From Malacoraja senta (taxonomy: Eukaryota): 54,729 nt of DNA. Positions 24,769 through 36,983 of the stretch are shown here, in pieces. The stretch is from assembly GCA_038087875.1 (NCBI GenBank), contig JAXLNO010000668.1, positions 1-54,729 of the forward strand, given 5' to 3'. The first letter of the stretch is position 1; every line of letters begins with the position of its first letter. A program made the translations under genes and the position numbers. A model generated the notes under the pieces. It ran no database searches. It was not told the origin of the DNA and saw only the letters and a program-made list of their open reading frames with translations.

Positions 24769-26190
24769 CTACATCGGGAATAATCTTCCTGCATCTAGCC
24801 TGTCCAACCCCTTAAGAATTTTGTAAGTTTCTATAAGATCCCCCCTCAATCTTCTAAATTCTAGCGAGTACAAGCCGAGTCTATCCAGTCTTTCTTCATA
24901 TGAAAGTCCTGACATCCCAGGAATCAGTCTGGTGAACCTTCTCTGTACTCCCTCTATGGCAAGAATGTCTTTCCTCAGATTTGGAGACCAAAACTGTACG
25001 CAATACTCCAGGTGTGGTCTCACCAAGACCCTGTACAACTGCAGTAGAACCTCCCTGCTCCTATACTCAAATCCTTTTGCTATGAATGCTAACATACCAT
25101 TCGCTTTCTTCACTGCCTGCTGCACCTGCATGCCTACTTTCAATGACTGGTGTACCATGACACCCAGGTCTCGTTGCATCTCCCCTTTTCCTAATCGGCC
25201 ACCATTTAGATAATAGTCTACTTTCCTATTTTTGCCACCAAAGTGGATAACCTCACATTTATCCACATTATACTGCATCTGCCAAACATTTGCCCACTCA
25301 CCCAGCCTATCCAAGTCACCTTGCAGCCTCCTAGCATCCTCCTCACAGCTAACACTGCCCCCCAGCTTCGTGTCATCCGCAAACTTGGAGATGTTGCATT
25401 CAATTCCCTCGTCCAAATCATTAATATATATTGTAAATAGCTGGGGTCCCAGCACTGAGCCTTGCGGTACCCCACTAGTCACTGCCTGCCATTCTGAAAA
25501 GGACCCGTTTACTCCTACTCTTTGCTTCCTGTTTGCCAGCCAGTTCTCTATCCACATCAATACTGAACCCACAATATCGTGTGCTTTAAGTTTGTATACT
25601 AATCTCTTATGTGGGACCTTGTCGAAAGCCTTCTGAAAGTCCAGATATAACACATCCACTGGTTCTCCCTTATCCACTCTACTAGTTACATCCTCGAAAA
25701 ATTCTATAAGATTCGTCAGACATGATTTACCTTTTGTAAATCCATGCTGACTTTGTCCAATGATTTCACCACTTTCCAAATGTGCTGCTATCCCATCTTT
25801 AACAACTGACTCTAGCAGTTTCCCCACTACCGATGTTAGACTAACTGGTCTGTAATTCCCCGTTTTCTCTCTCCCTCCCTTTATAAAAAGTGGGGTTACA
25901 TTAGCTACCCTCCAATCCTCAGGAACTACTCCAGAATCTAAGGAGTTTTGAAAAATGATCACTAATGCATCCACTATTTCTGGGGCTACTTCCTTAAGTA
26001 CTCTGGGATGCAGCCTATCTGGCCCTGGGGATTTATCGGCCTTTAATCCATTCAATTTACCTAACACCACTTCCCGGCTAACCTGGATTTCACTCAGTTC
26101 CTCCATCTCATTTGACCCGTGGTCCCCTGCTATTTCCAGCAGATTATTTATGTCTTCCTTAGTGAAGACAGAACCAAAGTAGTTATTCAA
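24769..26190 (-). CDS. Open 473-codon CR1 RT-domain ORF, unit 4
   Basis: As unit 2 with three substitutions (LFIKG, NYRPV, WANVW). Confidence 0.55.
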   Translation of the reverse strand: MNNYFGSVFTKEDINNLLEIAGDHGSNEMEELSEIQVSREVVLGKLNGLKADKSPGPDRLHPRVLKEVAPEIVDALVIIFQNSLDSGVVPEDWRVANVTPLFIKGGREKTGNYRPVSLTSVVGKLLESVVKDGIAAHLESGEIIGQSQHGFTKGKSCLTNLIEFFEDVTSRVDKGEPVDVLYLDFQKAFDKVPHKRLVYKLKAHDIVGSVLMWIENWLANRKQRVGVNGSFSEWQAVTSGVPQGSVLGPQLFTIYINDLDEGIECNISKFADDTKLGGSVSCEEDARRLQGDLDRLGEWANVWQMQYNVDKCEVIHFGGKNRKVDYYLNGGRLGKGEMQRDLGVMVHQSLKVGMQVQQAVKKANGMLAFIAKGFEYRSREVLLQLYRVLVRPHLEYCVQFWSPNLRKDILAIEGVQRRFTRLIPGMSGLSYEERLDRLGLYSLEFRRLRGDLIETYKILKGLDRLDAGRLFPM

Positions 26191-29100
26191 TTGTCTGCCA
26201 TGTCCTTGTTCCCCATGATCAATTCACCTGTTTCTGACTGCAAGGGTTTTAATGTTCCATGCCAGTTTTCTTTCATAATCTATTTTCCCTTTCCTAATTA
26301 AACCCTTTGTCCTCCTCTGCTGGACTCTGAATTTCTCCCAGTCCTCTGCTAGGCTGCTTTATCTGGCTAATTTGTACGCTTCATCTTTTGTTTTGATACT
26401 ATCCCTGATTTCCCTTGTTATCCATGGATGCACTACCTTCCCTGATTTATTCTTTTGCCAAACTGGGATGAACAATTGTTGTGGTTCATCCATGCAGTCT
26501 TTAAATGCCTTCCATTGCATATCCACCGTCAACCCTTTAAGAATCAATTGCCAGTCAATCTTGGCCAATTCACGTTTCATACCCTCAAAGTTACCTTTCT
26601 ATAAGTTCAGAACCCTTGTTTCTGAATTAACAATGTCACTCTCCATCCTAATGAAGAACTCAACCATATTATGGTCACTCTTGCCCAAGGGGCCACGCAC
26701 AACAAGACTGCTAACTAACCCTTCCTCATTACTCAATACCCAGTCTAGAATAGCCTGTTCACTCGTTGGTTCCTCTACATGTTGGTTTAGAAAACTATCC
26801 CGCATACATTCCAAGAAATCCTCTTCCTCAGCACCCCTGCCAATTTGATTCACCCAATCTATATGTAGATTGAAGTCACCCATTATAACTGTTTTACCTT
26901 TGTTGCACGCATTTCAAAATTCCTGTTGGTGCCATCCCCAACTCCACTACTACTGTCAGAGCTTTTAATAAATCAGTCACCAATTGCTGATGTGATATTT
27001 GAGTTCCTGCTGAGGTTAGGAATCCTCTATTCCTCCATAGTTGTCCAAAGTCATGTACTACCCCGAATGCATATCTAGAATCTGTATACATGTTCACCCT
27101 TAAATCTTTCCCAACAACACATGCTCTAATCAAAGCAAACAATTCAGCCTGTTGTGCTGAATAGGGTGACTCAAAGGCAGCTGCTTCCATGCTGTTCCCA
27201 TCCTGGTTTACAATAGCGTACCCAGAAAATCTCTCTCCCTGGGGCCCAATGGATGCACGTACAGTGTCGTGTCAGGGTCTTCTATAGGAGCGTCTTTTAG
27301 ATCCTCCCTTACAGATGTTTCTTCATGTAGTATGAACAAACAGTCATGTCCTGATTCTGCCTGTTCCTCTGGAGGTGAAATGAGGAAAGATGCCGGATTA
27401 ATACTAGTACAGTGTCTGAATTGGAGTTTTGGATTATTCAGTAGATAGATTTCATATACGAGCCATTGTCAGATGCTGAGTTTGTGGTTGTCCCAACAAG
27501 GCTGCCACCGAATGGGAACTGTACGCTACTATCTCCTGCTGTAAGGTCCGGTTTGTAGCAGACTGTAGACTATTATAGATTGCTGTTAGGATCTGGGTGC
27601 ATAGTGGTTGTCCTCTCGCTACTGGGTCAAGCTTTGAAGAAGAATAAGCCACTGGTCTGTATTTATCCCCATGTTTTATAGAAACATAGAAACATAGAAA
27701 ATAGGTGCAGGAGGAGGCCATTTGGCCCTTCGAGCCAGCACCGCCATTCGTTGTGATCATGGCTGATCGTCCCCTATCAATAACCCATGCCTGCCTTCTC
27801 CCCATATCCCTTGACTCCACTAGCCCCCAGAGCTCTATCTAACTCTCTCTTAAATCCATCCAGTGACTTGGCCTCCACTGCCCTCTGTGGCAGGGAATTC
27901 CATAAATTCACAACTCTCTGGGTGAAAGAGTTTTTTTCTCACCTCAGTCTTAAATGACCTCCCCTTTATTCTAAGACTGTGGCCCCTGGTTCTGGACTCG
28001 CCCAGAACATGAGTGAGGACTGCAGTTGAACATTCGGACAGGATGGTCCAATAAAGTTGGAAGGGTCTATCATAGTGTGGCCTTCCTCGTGCTGGAGCCT
28101 GCATTAAAGATCTCTTCAAATTCTCAAAAGCTTACTGGGCTTCTTCGGACAACTGGAATTTGCCCTCTAGGCTGGTATAAGGAGTCAATTCCTTGGTGTC
28201 TAGTGCAATATTAGGGATCCATGGTCGGCAGTAGTTCACCAGGCCGAGCCACTGACTCATCTGCTTTGCCTCTTTTGGTAGAGGAAATTCACAAATTGGT
28301 CCAAGTCTACGACTCTCTAGACTTCTCTCCGAAATTATCACTCCCACGACTTTTACTTTTTGTTGAGCCATTAATAGACATTAGACAATAGATGCAGGAG
28401 TAGGCCATTCGGCCCTTCGAGCCAGCACCGCCATTCAATGTGATCATGGCTGATCATCCACAATCAGTACCCCGTTTCTGCCTTCTCCCCATATCCCCTG
28501 ACTCCGCTCTCTTTAAGAGCCCTATCTAACTCTCTCTTGAAAGTATCCAGAGAACCGGCCTCCACCGCCCTCTGAGGCAGAGAATTCCACAGATTCACAA
28601 CTCTCTGTGAGAAAAAGTGTTTCCTCGTCTCTGTTCAAAATGACCGACCCCTTATTCTTAAACTGTGGCCCCTGGTTCTGGACTCCCCCAACATTGGGAA
28701 CATGTTTCCTGCCTCTAGTGTGTCCAAACCCTTAATAATCTTATACGTTTCAATAAGAGAGCCTCTCATCCTTCTAAACTCCAGAGTGTACAAGCCCAGC
28801 CGCTCCATTCTCTCAGCATATGACAGTCCCGCCATCCCGGGAATTAACCTGGTGAACCTACGCTGGGCTCCCTCAATAGCAAGAATGTCCTTCCTCAAAT
28901 TAGGGGAGAAAAACTGCACACAATACTCCAGGTGTGGTCTCACTAGGGCTCTGTACAACTGCAGAAGGACCTCTTTGCTCCTATACTTTGGACTGAGGGA
29001 CCACATATCCTAAGGTTGCCAAGTGGTTCAATAATTGAGCGGTGTCCTGTCCTCACGATTACTCTGCTCATCTAAACTAGCCACCAACAACTTGTCCACA

Positions 29101-30165
29101 GACTGCACTAAAGTGGATTCGCTTCTAAAGTTTAAGGTTTATTAACTGTCCTGGAAGACATCGAGAAAACAAGGTGGGCGGATTAATGAATCCCTGCGAT
29201 AGTCTTGTCCACGTATATTGTTGTCCCCTGTAAGTAAAGGCAAATAGGTACTGGCTGTTTCTGTTCAGGGGTAATGAGAAGAAGGCATGTTGCCGGTCTA
29301 AACATCTTGGCTTCCGATGGAATCAAAGCTAGAATATGAGCCGGGTTTGGCACCAAGGCATGGAACGGTTCTAGTGTTGCATTGACAGATCTTAAGTCCT
29401 GAACCAGGCTGTACTGGCCCTCTTTCCCTGCCTTGGGCACGGCGAGGATCGGTCTGTTGCAACGTTTCCGGTCACTCACACCTTGCAACATTTTCAGTGG
29501 TTACAGCGACTCGATGTTTTACTGCTTTGTCTAGTTGCATCACTTCGATCGGCCCAGGGATAGGGTTCTGGCAAACTTGTCCCTGAAATCTGGACAAGCT
29601 CCCTAATCTGGATGGTGAGAATGGATTAGATTGAGAGAAGGGTGTTTGTCTTCTCTGCCCCCGATTTCTTTGCCAGTTCCCTCTCTGCTCACTCTGTGTT
29701 GGCCCCCTCCTTCCTGTCCTTGTTTCGGGCACACCCCACTCCAGTGTTGTCTTGGGGAAATTGGTTCTTGGGGAGGTGGTTCATCAGGGTGACCTGGATA
29801 ATCCGGTTCTGTCGGCCTTGTCCAAACTGGCACATCATGCCTTGCTCTTGTCTGAGGGACTGTTCCAGAAATCTAAATGACATCTTGGCGCCTCCTTGTT
29901 CATTACATATTTAGTTTTTGCTTTAACTACTGGCGGATTCTCTTGTTCCCGTACCTGCCTTCTCTCCATACCCCCTGATCCCTTTAGCCACAAGGGCCAC
30001 ATCTAACTCCCTCTTAAATATAGCCAATGAACTGGCCTCAACTACCTTCTGTGGCAGAGAGTTCCAGAGATTCACCACTCTCTGTGTGAAAAATGTTTTT
30101 CTCATCTCAGTCCTAAAGGATTTCCCCTTTATCCTTAAACTGTGACCCCTTGTCCTGGACTTCCC

Positions 30166-31587
30166 CTACATCGGGAATAATCTTCCTGCATCTAGCCTGT
30201 CCAACCCCTTAAGAATTTTGTAAGTTTCTATAAGATCCCCCCTCAATCTTCTAAATTCTAGCGAGTACAAGCCGAGTCTATCCAGTCTTTCTTCATATGA
30301 AAGTCCTGACATCCCAGGAATCAGTCTGGTGAACCTTCTCTGTACTCCCTCTATGGCAAGAATGTCTTTCCTCAGATTTGGAGACCAAAACTGTACGCAA
30401 TACTCCAGGTGTGGTCTCACCAAGACCCTGTACAACTGCAGTAGAACCTCCCTGCTCCTATACTCAAATCCTTTTGCTATGAATGCTAACATACCATTCG
30501 CTTTCTTCACTGCCTGCTGCACCTGCATGCCTACTTTCAATGACTGGTGTACCATGACACCCAGGTCTCGTTGCATCTCCCCTTTTCCTAATCGGCCACC
30601 ATTTAGATAATAGTCTACTTTCCTATTTTTGCCACCAAAGTGGATAACCTCACATTTATCCACATTATACTGCATCTGCCATGCATTTGCCCACTCACCC
30701 AGCCTATCCAAGTCACCTTGCAGCCTCCTAGCATCCTCCTCACAGCTAACACTGCCCCCCAGCTTCGTGTCATCCGCAAACTTGGAGATGTTGCATTCAA
30801 TTCCCTCGTCCAAATCATTAATATATATTGTAAATAGCTGGGGTCCCAGCACTGAGCCTTGCGGTACCCCACTAGTCACTGCCTGCCATTCTGAAAAGGA
30901 CCCGTTTACTCCTACTCTTTGCTTCCTCTTTGCCAGCCAGTTCTCTATCCACATTAATACTGAACCCACAATATCGTGTGCTTTAAGTTTGTATACTAAT
31001 CTCTTATGTGGGACCTTGTCGAAAGCCTTCTGAAAGTCCAGATATAACACATCCACTGGTTCTCCCTTATCCACTCTACTAGTTACATCCTCGAAAAATT
31101 CTATAAGATTTGTCAGACATGATTTACCTTTCGTAAATCCATGCTGACTTTGTCCAATGATTTCACCACTTTCCAAATGTGCTGCTATCCCATCTTTAAC
31201 AACTGACTCTAGCAGTTTCCCCACTACCGATGTTAGACTAACTGGTGTGTAATTCCCCGTTTTCTCTCTCCCTCCCTTTTTAAAAAGTGGGGTTACATTA
31301 GCTACCCTCCAATCCTCAGGAACTACTCCAGAATCTAAGGAGTTTTGAAAAATGATCACTAATGCATCCACTATTTCTGGGGCTACTTCCTTAAGTACTC
31401 TGGGATGCAGCCTATCTGGCCCTGGGGATTTATCGGCCTTTAATCCATTCAATTTACCTAACACCACTTCCCGGCTAACCTGGATTTCACTCAGTTCCTC
31501 CATCTCATTTGACCCGTGGTCCCCTGCTATTTCCAGCAGATTATTTATGTCTTCCTTAGTGAAGACAGAACCAAAGTAGTTATTCAA
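30166..31587 (-). CDS. Open 473-codon CR1 RT-domain ORF, unit 5
   Basis: As unit 2 with WLAKRK. Confidence 0.55.
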   Translation of the reverse strand: MNNYFGSVFTKEDINNLLEIAGDHGSNEMEELSEIQVSREVVLGKLNGLKADKSPGPDRLHPRVLKEVAPEIVDALVIIFQNSLDSGVVPEDWRVANVTPLFKKGGREKTGNYTPVSLTSVVGKLLESVVKDGIAAHLESGEIIGQSQHGFTKGKSCLTNLIEFFEDVTSRVDKGEPVDVLYLDFQKAFDKVPHKRLVYKLKAHDIVGSVLMWIENWLAKRKQRVGVNGSFSEWQAVTSGVPQGSVLGPQLFTIYINDLDEGIECNISKFADDTKLGGSVSCEEDARRLQGDLDRLGEWANAWQMQYNVDKCEVIHFGGKNRKVDYYLNGGRLGKGEMQRDLGVMVHQSLKVGMQVQQAVKKANGMLAFIAKGFEYRSREVLLQLYRVLVRPHLEYCVQFWSPNLRKDILAIEGVQRRFTRLIPGMSGLSYEERLDRLGLYSLEFRRLRGDLIETYKILKGLDRLDAGRLFPM

Positions 31588-34500
31588 TTGTCTGCCATGT
31601 CCTTGTTCCCCATGATCAATTCACCTGTTTCTGACTGCAAGGGTTTTAATGTTCCATGCCAGTTTTCTTTCATAATCTATTTTCCCTTTCCTAATTAAAC
31701 CCTTTGTCCTCCTCTGCTGGACTCTGAATTTCTCCCAGTCCTCTGGTACGCTGCTTTATCTGGCTAATTTGTACGCTTCATCTTTTGTTTTGATACTATC
31801 CCTGATTTCCCTTGTTATGCATGGATGCACTACCTTCCCTGATTTATTCTTTTCCCAAACTGGGATGAACAATTGTTGTGGTTCATCCATGCAGTCTTTA
31901 AATGCCTTCCATTGCATATCCACCGTCAACCCTTTAAGAATCAATTGCCAGTCAATCTTGGCCAATTCACGTTTCATACCCTCAAAGTTACCTTTCTATA
32001 AGTTCAGAACCCTTGTTTCTGAATTAACAATGTCACTCTCCATCCTAATGAAGAACTCAACCATATTATGGTCACTCTTGCCCAAGGGGCCACGCACAAC
32101 AAGACTGCTAACTAACCCTTCCTCATTACTCAATACCCAGTCTAGAATAGCCTGTTCACTCGTTGGTTCCTCTACATGTTGGTTTAGAAAACTATCCCGC
32201 ATACATTCCAAGAAATCCTCTTCCTCAGCACCCCTGCCAATTTGATTCACCCAATCTATATGTAGATTGAAGTCACCCATTATAACTGTTTTACCTTTGT
32301 TGCACGCATTTCAAATTTCCTGTTGGTGCCATCCCCAACTCCACTACTACTGTCAGAGCCTTTAATAAATCAGTCACCAATTGCTGATGAGATATTTGAG
32401 TTCCTGCTGAGGTTAGGAATCCTCTATTCCTCCATAGTTGTCCAAAGTCATGTACTACCCCGAATGCATATCTAGAATCTGTATACATGTTCACCCTTAA
32501 ATCTTTCCCAACAACACATGCTCTAATCAAAGCAAACAATTCAGCCTGTTGTGCTGAATAGGGTGACTCAAAGGCAGCTGCTTCCATGCTGTTCCCATCC
32601 TGGTTTACAATAGCGTACCCAGAAAATCTCTCTCCCTGGGGCCCAATGGATGCACGTACAGTGTCGTGTCAGGGTCTTCTATAGGAGCGTCTTTTAGATC
32701 CTCCCTTACAGATGTTTCTTCATATATTATGAACAAACAGTCATGTCCTGATTCTGCCTGTTCCTCTGGAGGTGAAATGAGGAAAGATGCCAGATTAATA
32801 CTAGTACAGTGTCTGAATTGGAGTTTTGGATTATTCAGTAGATAGATTTCATATACGAGCCATTGTCAGATGCTGAGTTTGTGGTTGTCCCAACAAGGCT
32901 GCCACCGAATGGGAACTGTACGCTACTATCTCCTGCTGTAAGGTCCGGTTTGTAGCAGACTGTAGACTATTATAGATTCCTGTTAGGATCTGGGTGCATA
33001 GTGGTTGTCCTCTCGCTACTGGGTCAAGCTTTGAAGAAGAATAAGCCACTGGTCTGTATTCATCCCCATGTTTTATAGAAACATAGAAACATAGAAAATA
33101 GGTGCAGGAGGAGGCCATTCGGCCCTTCGAGCCAGCACCGCCATTCATTGTGATCATGGCTGATCGTCCCCTATCAATAACCCATGCCTGCCTTCTCCCC
33201 ATATCCCTTGACTCCACTAGCCCCCAGAGCTCTATCTAACTCTCTCTTAAATCCATCCAGTGACTTGGCCTCCACTGCCCTCTGTGGCAGGGAATTCCAT
33301 AAATTCCCAACTCTCTGGGTGAAAGAGTTTTTTCTCACCTCAGTCTTAAATGACCTCCCCTTTATTCTAAGACTGTGGCCCCTGGTTCTGGACTCGCCCA
33401 GAACATGAGTGAGGACTGCAGTTGAACATTCGGACAGGATGGTCCAATAAAGTTGGAAGGGTCTATCATAGAGTGGCCTTCCTCGTGCTGGAGCCTGCAT
33501 TAAAGATCTCTTCAAATTCTCAAAAGCTTACTGGGCTTCTTCGGACAACTGGAATTTGCCCTCTAGGCTGGTATAAGGAGTCAATTCCTTGGTGTCTAGT
33601 GCAATATTAGGGATCCATGGTCGGCAGTAGTTCACCAGGCCGAGCCACTGACTCATCTGCTTTGCCTCTTTTGGTAGAGGAAATTCACAAATTGGTCCAA
33701 GTCTACGACTCTCTAGACTTCTCTCCGAAATTATCACTCCCACGACTTTTACTTTTTGTTGAGCCATTAATAGACATTAGACAATAGATGCAGGAGTAGG
33801 CCATTCGGCCCTTCGAGCCAGCACCGCCATTCAATGTGATCATGGCTGATCATCCACAATCAGTACCCCGTTCCTGCCTTCTCCCCACATCCCCTGACTC
33901 CGCTCTCTTTAAGAGCCCTATCTAACTCTCTCTTGAAAGTATCCAGAGAACCGGCCTCCACCGCCCTCTGAGGCAGAGAATTCCACAGATTCACAACTCT
34001 CTGTGAGAAAAAGTGTTTCCTCGTCTCTGTTCAAAATGCCCGACCCCTTATTCTTAAACTGTGGCCCCTGGTTCAGGACTCCCCCAACATCGGGAACATG
34101 TTTCCTGCCTCTAGTGTGTCCAAACCCTTAATAATCTTATACGTTTCAATAAGATCTCCTCTCATCCTTCTAAACTCCAGAGTGTACAAGCCCAGCCGCT
34201 CCATTCTCTCAGCATATGACAGTCCCGCCATCCCGGGAATTAACCTGGTGAACCTACGCTGGGCTCCCTCAATAGCAAGAATGTCCTTCCTCAAATTAGG
34301 GGAGAAAAACTGCACACAATACTCCAGGTGTGGTCTCACTAGGGCCCTGTACAACTGCAGAAGGACCTCTTTACTCCTATACTTTGGACTGAGGGACCAC
34401 ATATCCTAAGGTTGCCAAGTGGTTCAATAATTGAGCGGTGTCCTGTCATCACGATTACTCTGCTCATCTAAACTAGCCACCAACAACTTGTCCACAGACT

Positions 34501-35561
34501 GCACTAAAGTGGATTCGCTTCTAAAGTTTAAGGTTTATTAACTGTCCTGGAAGACATCGAGAAAACAAGGTGGGCGGATTAATGAATCCCTGCGATAGTC
34601 TTGTCCACGTATATTGTTGTCCCCTGTAAGTAAAGGCAAATAAGTACTGGCTGTTTCTGTTCAGGGGTAATGAGAAGAAGGCATGTTGCCGGTCTAAACA
34701 TCTTGGCTTCCGATGGAATCAAAGCTAGAATATGAGCCAGGTTTGGCACCAAGGCATGCAACGGTTCTAGTGTTGCATTGACAGATCTTAAGTCCTGAAC
34801 CAGGCTGTACTGGCCCTCTTTCCCTGCCTTGGGCACGGCGAGGATCGGTCTGTTGCAACGTTTCCGGTCACTCACACCTTGCAACATTTTCAGTGGTTAC
34901 AGCGACTCGATGTTTTACTGCTTTGTCTAGTTGCATCACTTCGATCGGCCCAGGGATAGGGTTCTGGCAAACCTGTCCCTGAAATCTGGACAAGCTCCCT
35001 AATCTGGATGGTGAGAATGGATTAGATTGAGAGAAGGGTGTTTGTCTTCTCTGCCCCTGATTTCTTTGCCAGTTCCCTCTCTGCTCACTCTGTGTTGGCC
35101 CCCTCCTTCCTGTCCTTGTTTCGGGCACACCCCACTCCAGTGTTGTCTTGGGGAAATTGGTTCTTGGGGAGGTGGTTCATCAGGGTGACCTGGATAATCC
35201 GGTTCTGTCGGCCTTGTCCAAACTGGCACATCATGCCTTGCTCTTGTCTGAGGGACTGTTCCAGAAATCTAAATGACATCTTGGCGCCTCCTTGTTCATT
35301 ACATATTTAGTTTTTGCTTTAACTACTGGCGGATTCTCTTGTTCCCGTACCTGCCTTCTCTCCATACCCCCTGATCCCTTTAGCCACAAGGGCCACATCT
35401 AACTCCCTCTTAAATATAGCCAATGAACTGGCCTCAACTACCTTCTGTGGCAGAGAGTTCCAGAGATTCACCACTCTCTGTGTGAAAAATGTTTTTCTCA
35501 TCTCAGTCCTAAAGGATTTCCCCTTTATCCTTAAACTGTGACCCCTTGTCCTGGACTTCCC

Positions 35562-36983
35562 CTACATCGGGAATAATCTTCCTGCATCTAGCCTGTCCAA
35601 CCCCTTAAGAATTTTGTAAGTTTCTATAAGATCCCCCCTCAATCTTCTAAATTCTAGCGAGTACAAGCCGAGTCTATCCAGTCTTTCTTCATATGAAAGT
35701 CCTGACATCCCAGGAATCAGTCTGGTGAACCTTCTCTGTACTCCCTCTATGGCAAGAATGTCTTTCCTCAGATTTGGAGACCAAAACTGTACGCAATACT
35801 CCAGGTGTGGTCTCACCAGGACCCTGTACAACTGCAGTAGAACCTCCCTGCTCCTATACTCAAATCCTTTTGCTATGAATGCTAACATACCATTCGCTTT
35901 CTTCACTGCCTGCTGCACCTGCATGCCTACTTTCAATGACTGGTGTACCATGACACCCAGGTCTCGTTGCATCTCCCCTTTTCCTAATCGGCCACCATTT
36001 AGATAATAGTCTACTTTCCTATTTTTGCCCCCAAAGTGGATAACCTCACATTTATCCACATTATACTGCATCTGCCATGCATTTGCCCACTCACCCAGCC
36101 TATCCAAGTCACCTTGCAGCCTCCTAGCATCCTCCTCACAGCTAACACTGCCCCCCAGCTTCGTGTCATCCGCAAACTTGGAGATGTTGCATTCAATTCC
36201 CTCGTCCAAATCATTAATATATATTGTAAATAGCTGGGGTCCCAGCACTGAGCCTTGCGGTACCCCACTAGTCACTGCCTGCCATTCTGAAAAGGACCCG
36301 TTTACTCCTACTCTTTGCTTCCTGTTTGCCAGCCAGTTCTCTATCCACATCAATACTGAACCCACAATATCGTGTGCTTTAAGTTTGTATACTAATCTCT
36401 TATGTGGGACCTTGTCGAAAGCCTTCTGAAAGTCCAGATATAACACATCCACTGGTTCTCCCTTATCCACTCTACTAGTTACATCCTCGAAAAATTCTAT
36501 AAGATTTGTCAGACATGATTTACCTTTTGTAAATCCATGCTGACTTTGTCCAATGATTTCACCACTTTCCAAATGTGCTGCTATCCCATCTTTAACAACT
36601 GACTCTAGCAGTTTCCCCACTACCGATGTTAGACTAACTGGTGTGTAATTCTCCGTTTTCTCCCTCCCTCCCTTTTTAAAAAGGGGGGTTACATTAGCTA
36701 CCCTCCAATCCTCAGGAACTACTCCAGAATCTAAGGAGTTTTGAAAATTGATCACTAATGCATCCACTATTTCTGGGGCTACTTCCTTAAGTACTCTGGG
36801 ATGCAGCCTATCTGGCCCTGGGGATTTATCGGCCTTTAATCCATTCAATTTACCTAACACCACTTCCCGGCTAACCTGGATTTCACTCAGTTCCTCCATC
36901 TCATTTGACCCGTGGTCCCCTGCTATTTCCAGCAGATTATTTATGTCTTCCTTAGTGAAGACAGAACCAAAGTAGTTATTCAA
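35562..36983 (-). CDS. Open 473-codon CR1 RT-domain ORF, unit 6
   Basis: As unit 2 with VINFQ and KTENY. Confidence 0.55.
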   Translation of the reverse strand: MNNYFGSVFTKEDINNLLEIAGDHGSNEMEELSEIQVSREVVLGKLNGLKADKSPGPDRLHPRVLKEVAPEIVDALVINFQNSLDSGVVPEDWRVANVTPLFKKGGREKTENYTPVSLTSVVGKLLESVVKDGIAAHLESGEIIGQSQHGFTKGKSCLTNLIEFFEDVTSRVDKGEPVDVLYLDFQKAFDKVPHKRLVYKLKAHDIVGSVLMWIENWLANRKQRVGVNGSFSEWQAVTSGVPQGSVLGPQLFTIYINDLDEGIECNISKFADDTKLGGSVSCEEDARRLQGDLDRLGEWANAWQMQYNVDKCEVIHFGGKNRKVDYYLNGGRLGKGEMQRDLGVMVHQSLKVGMQVQQAVKKANGMLAFIAKGFEYRSREVLLQLYRVLVRPHLEYCVQFWSPNLRKDILAIEGVQRRFTRLIPGMSGLSYEERLDRLGLYSLEFRRLRGDLIETYKILKGLDRLDAGRLFPM

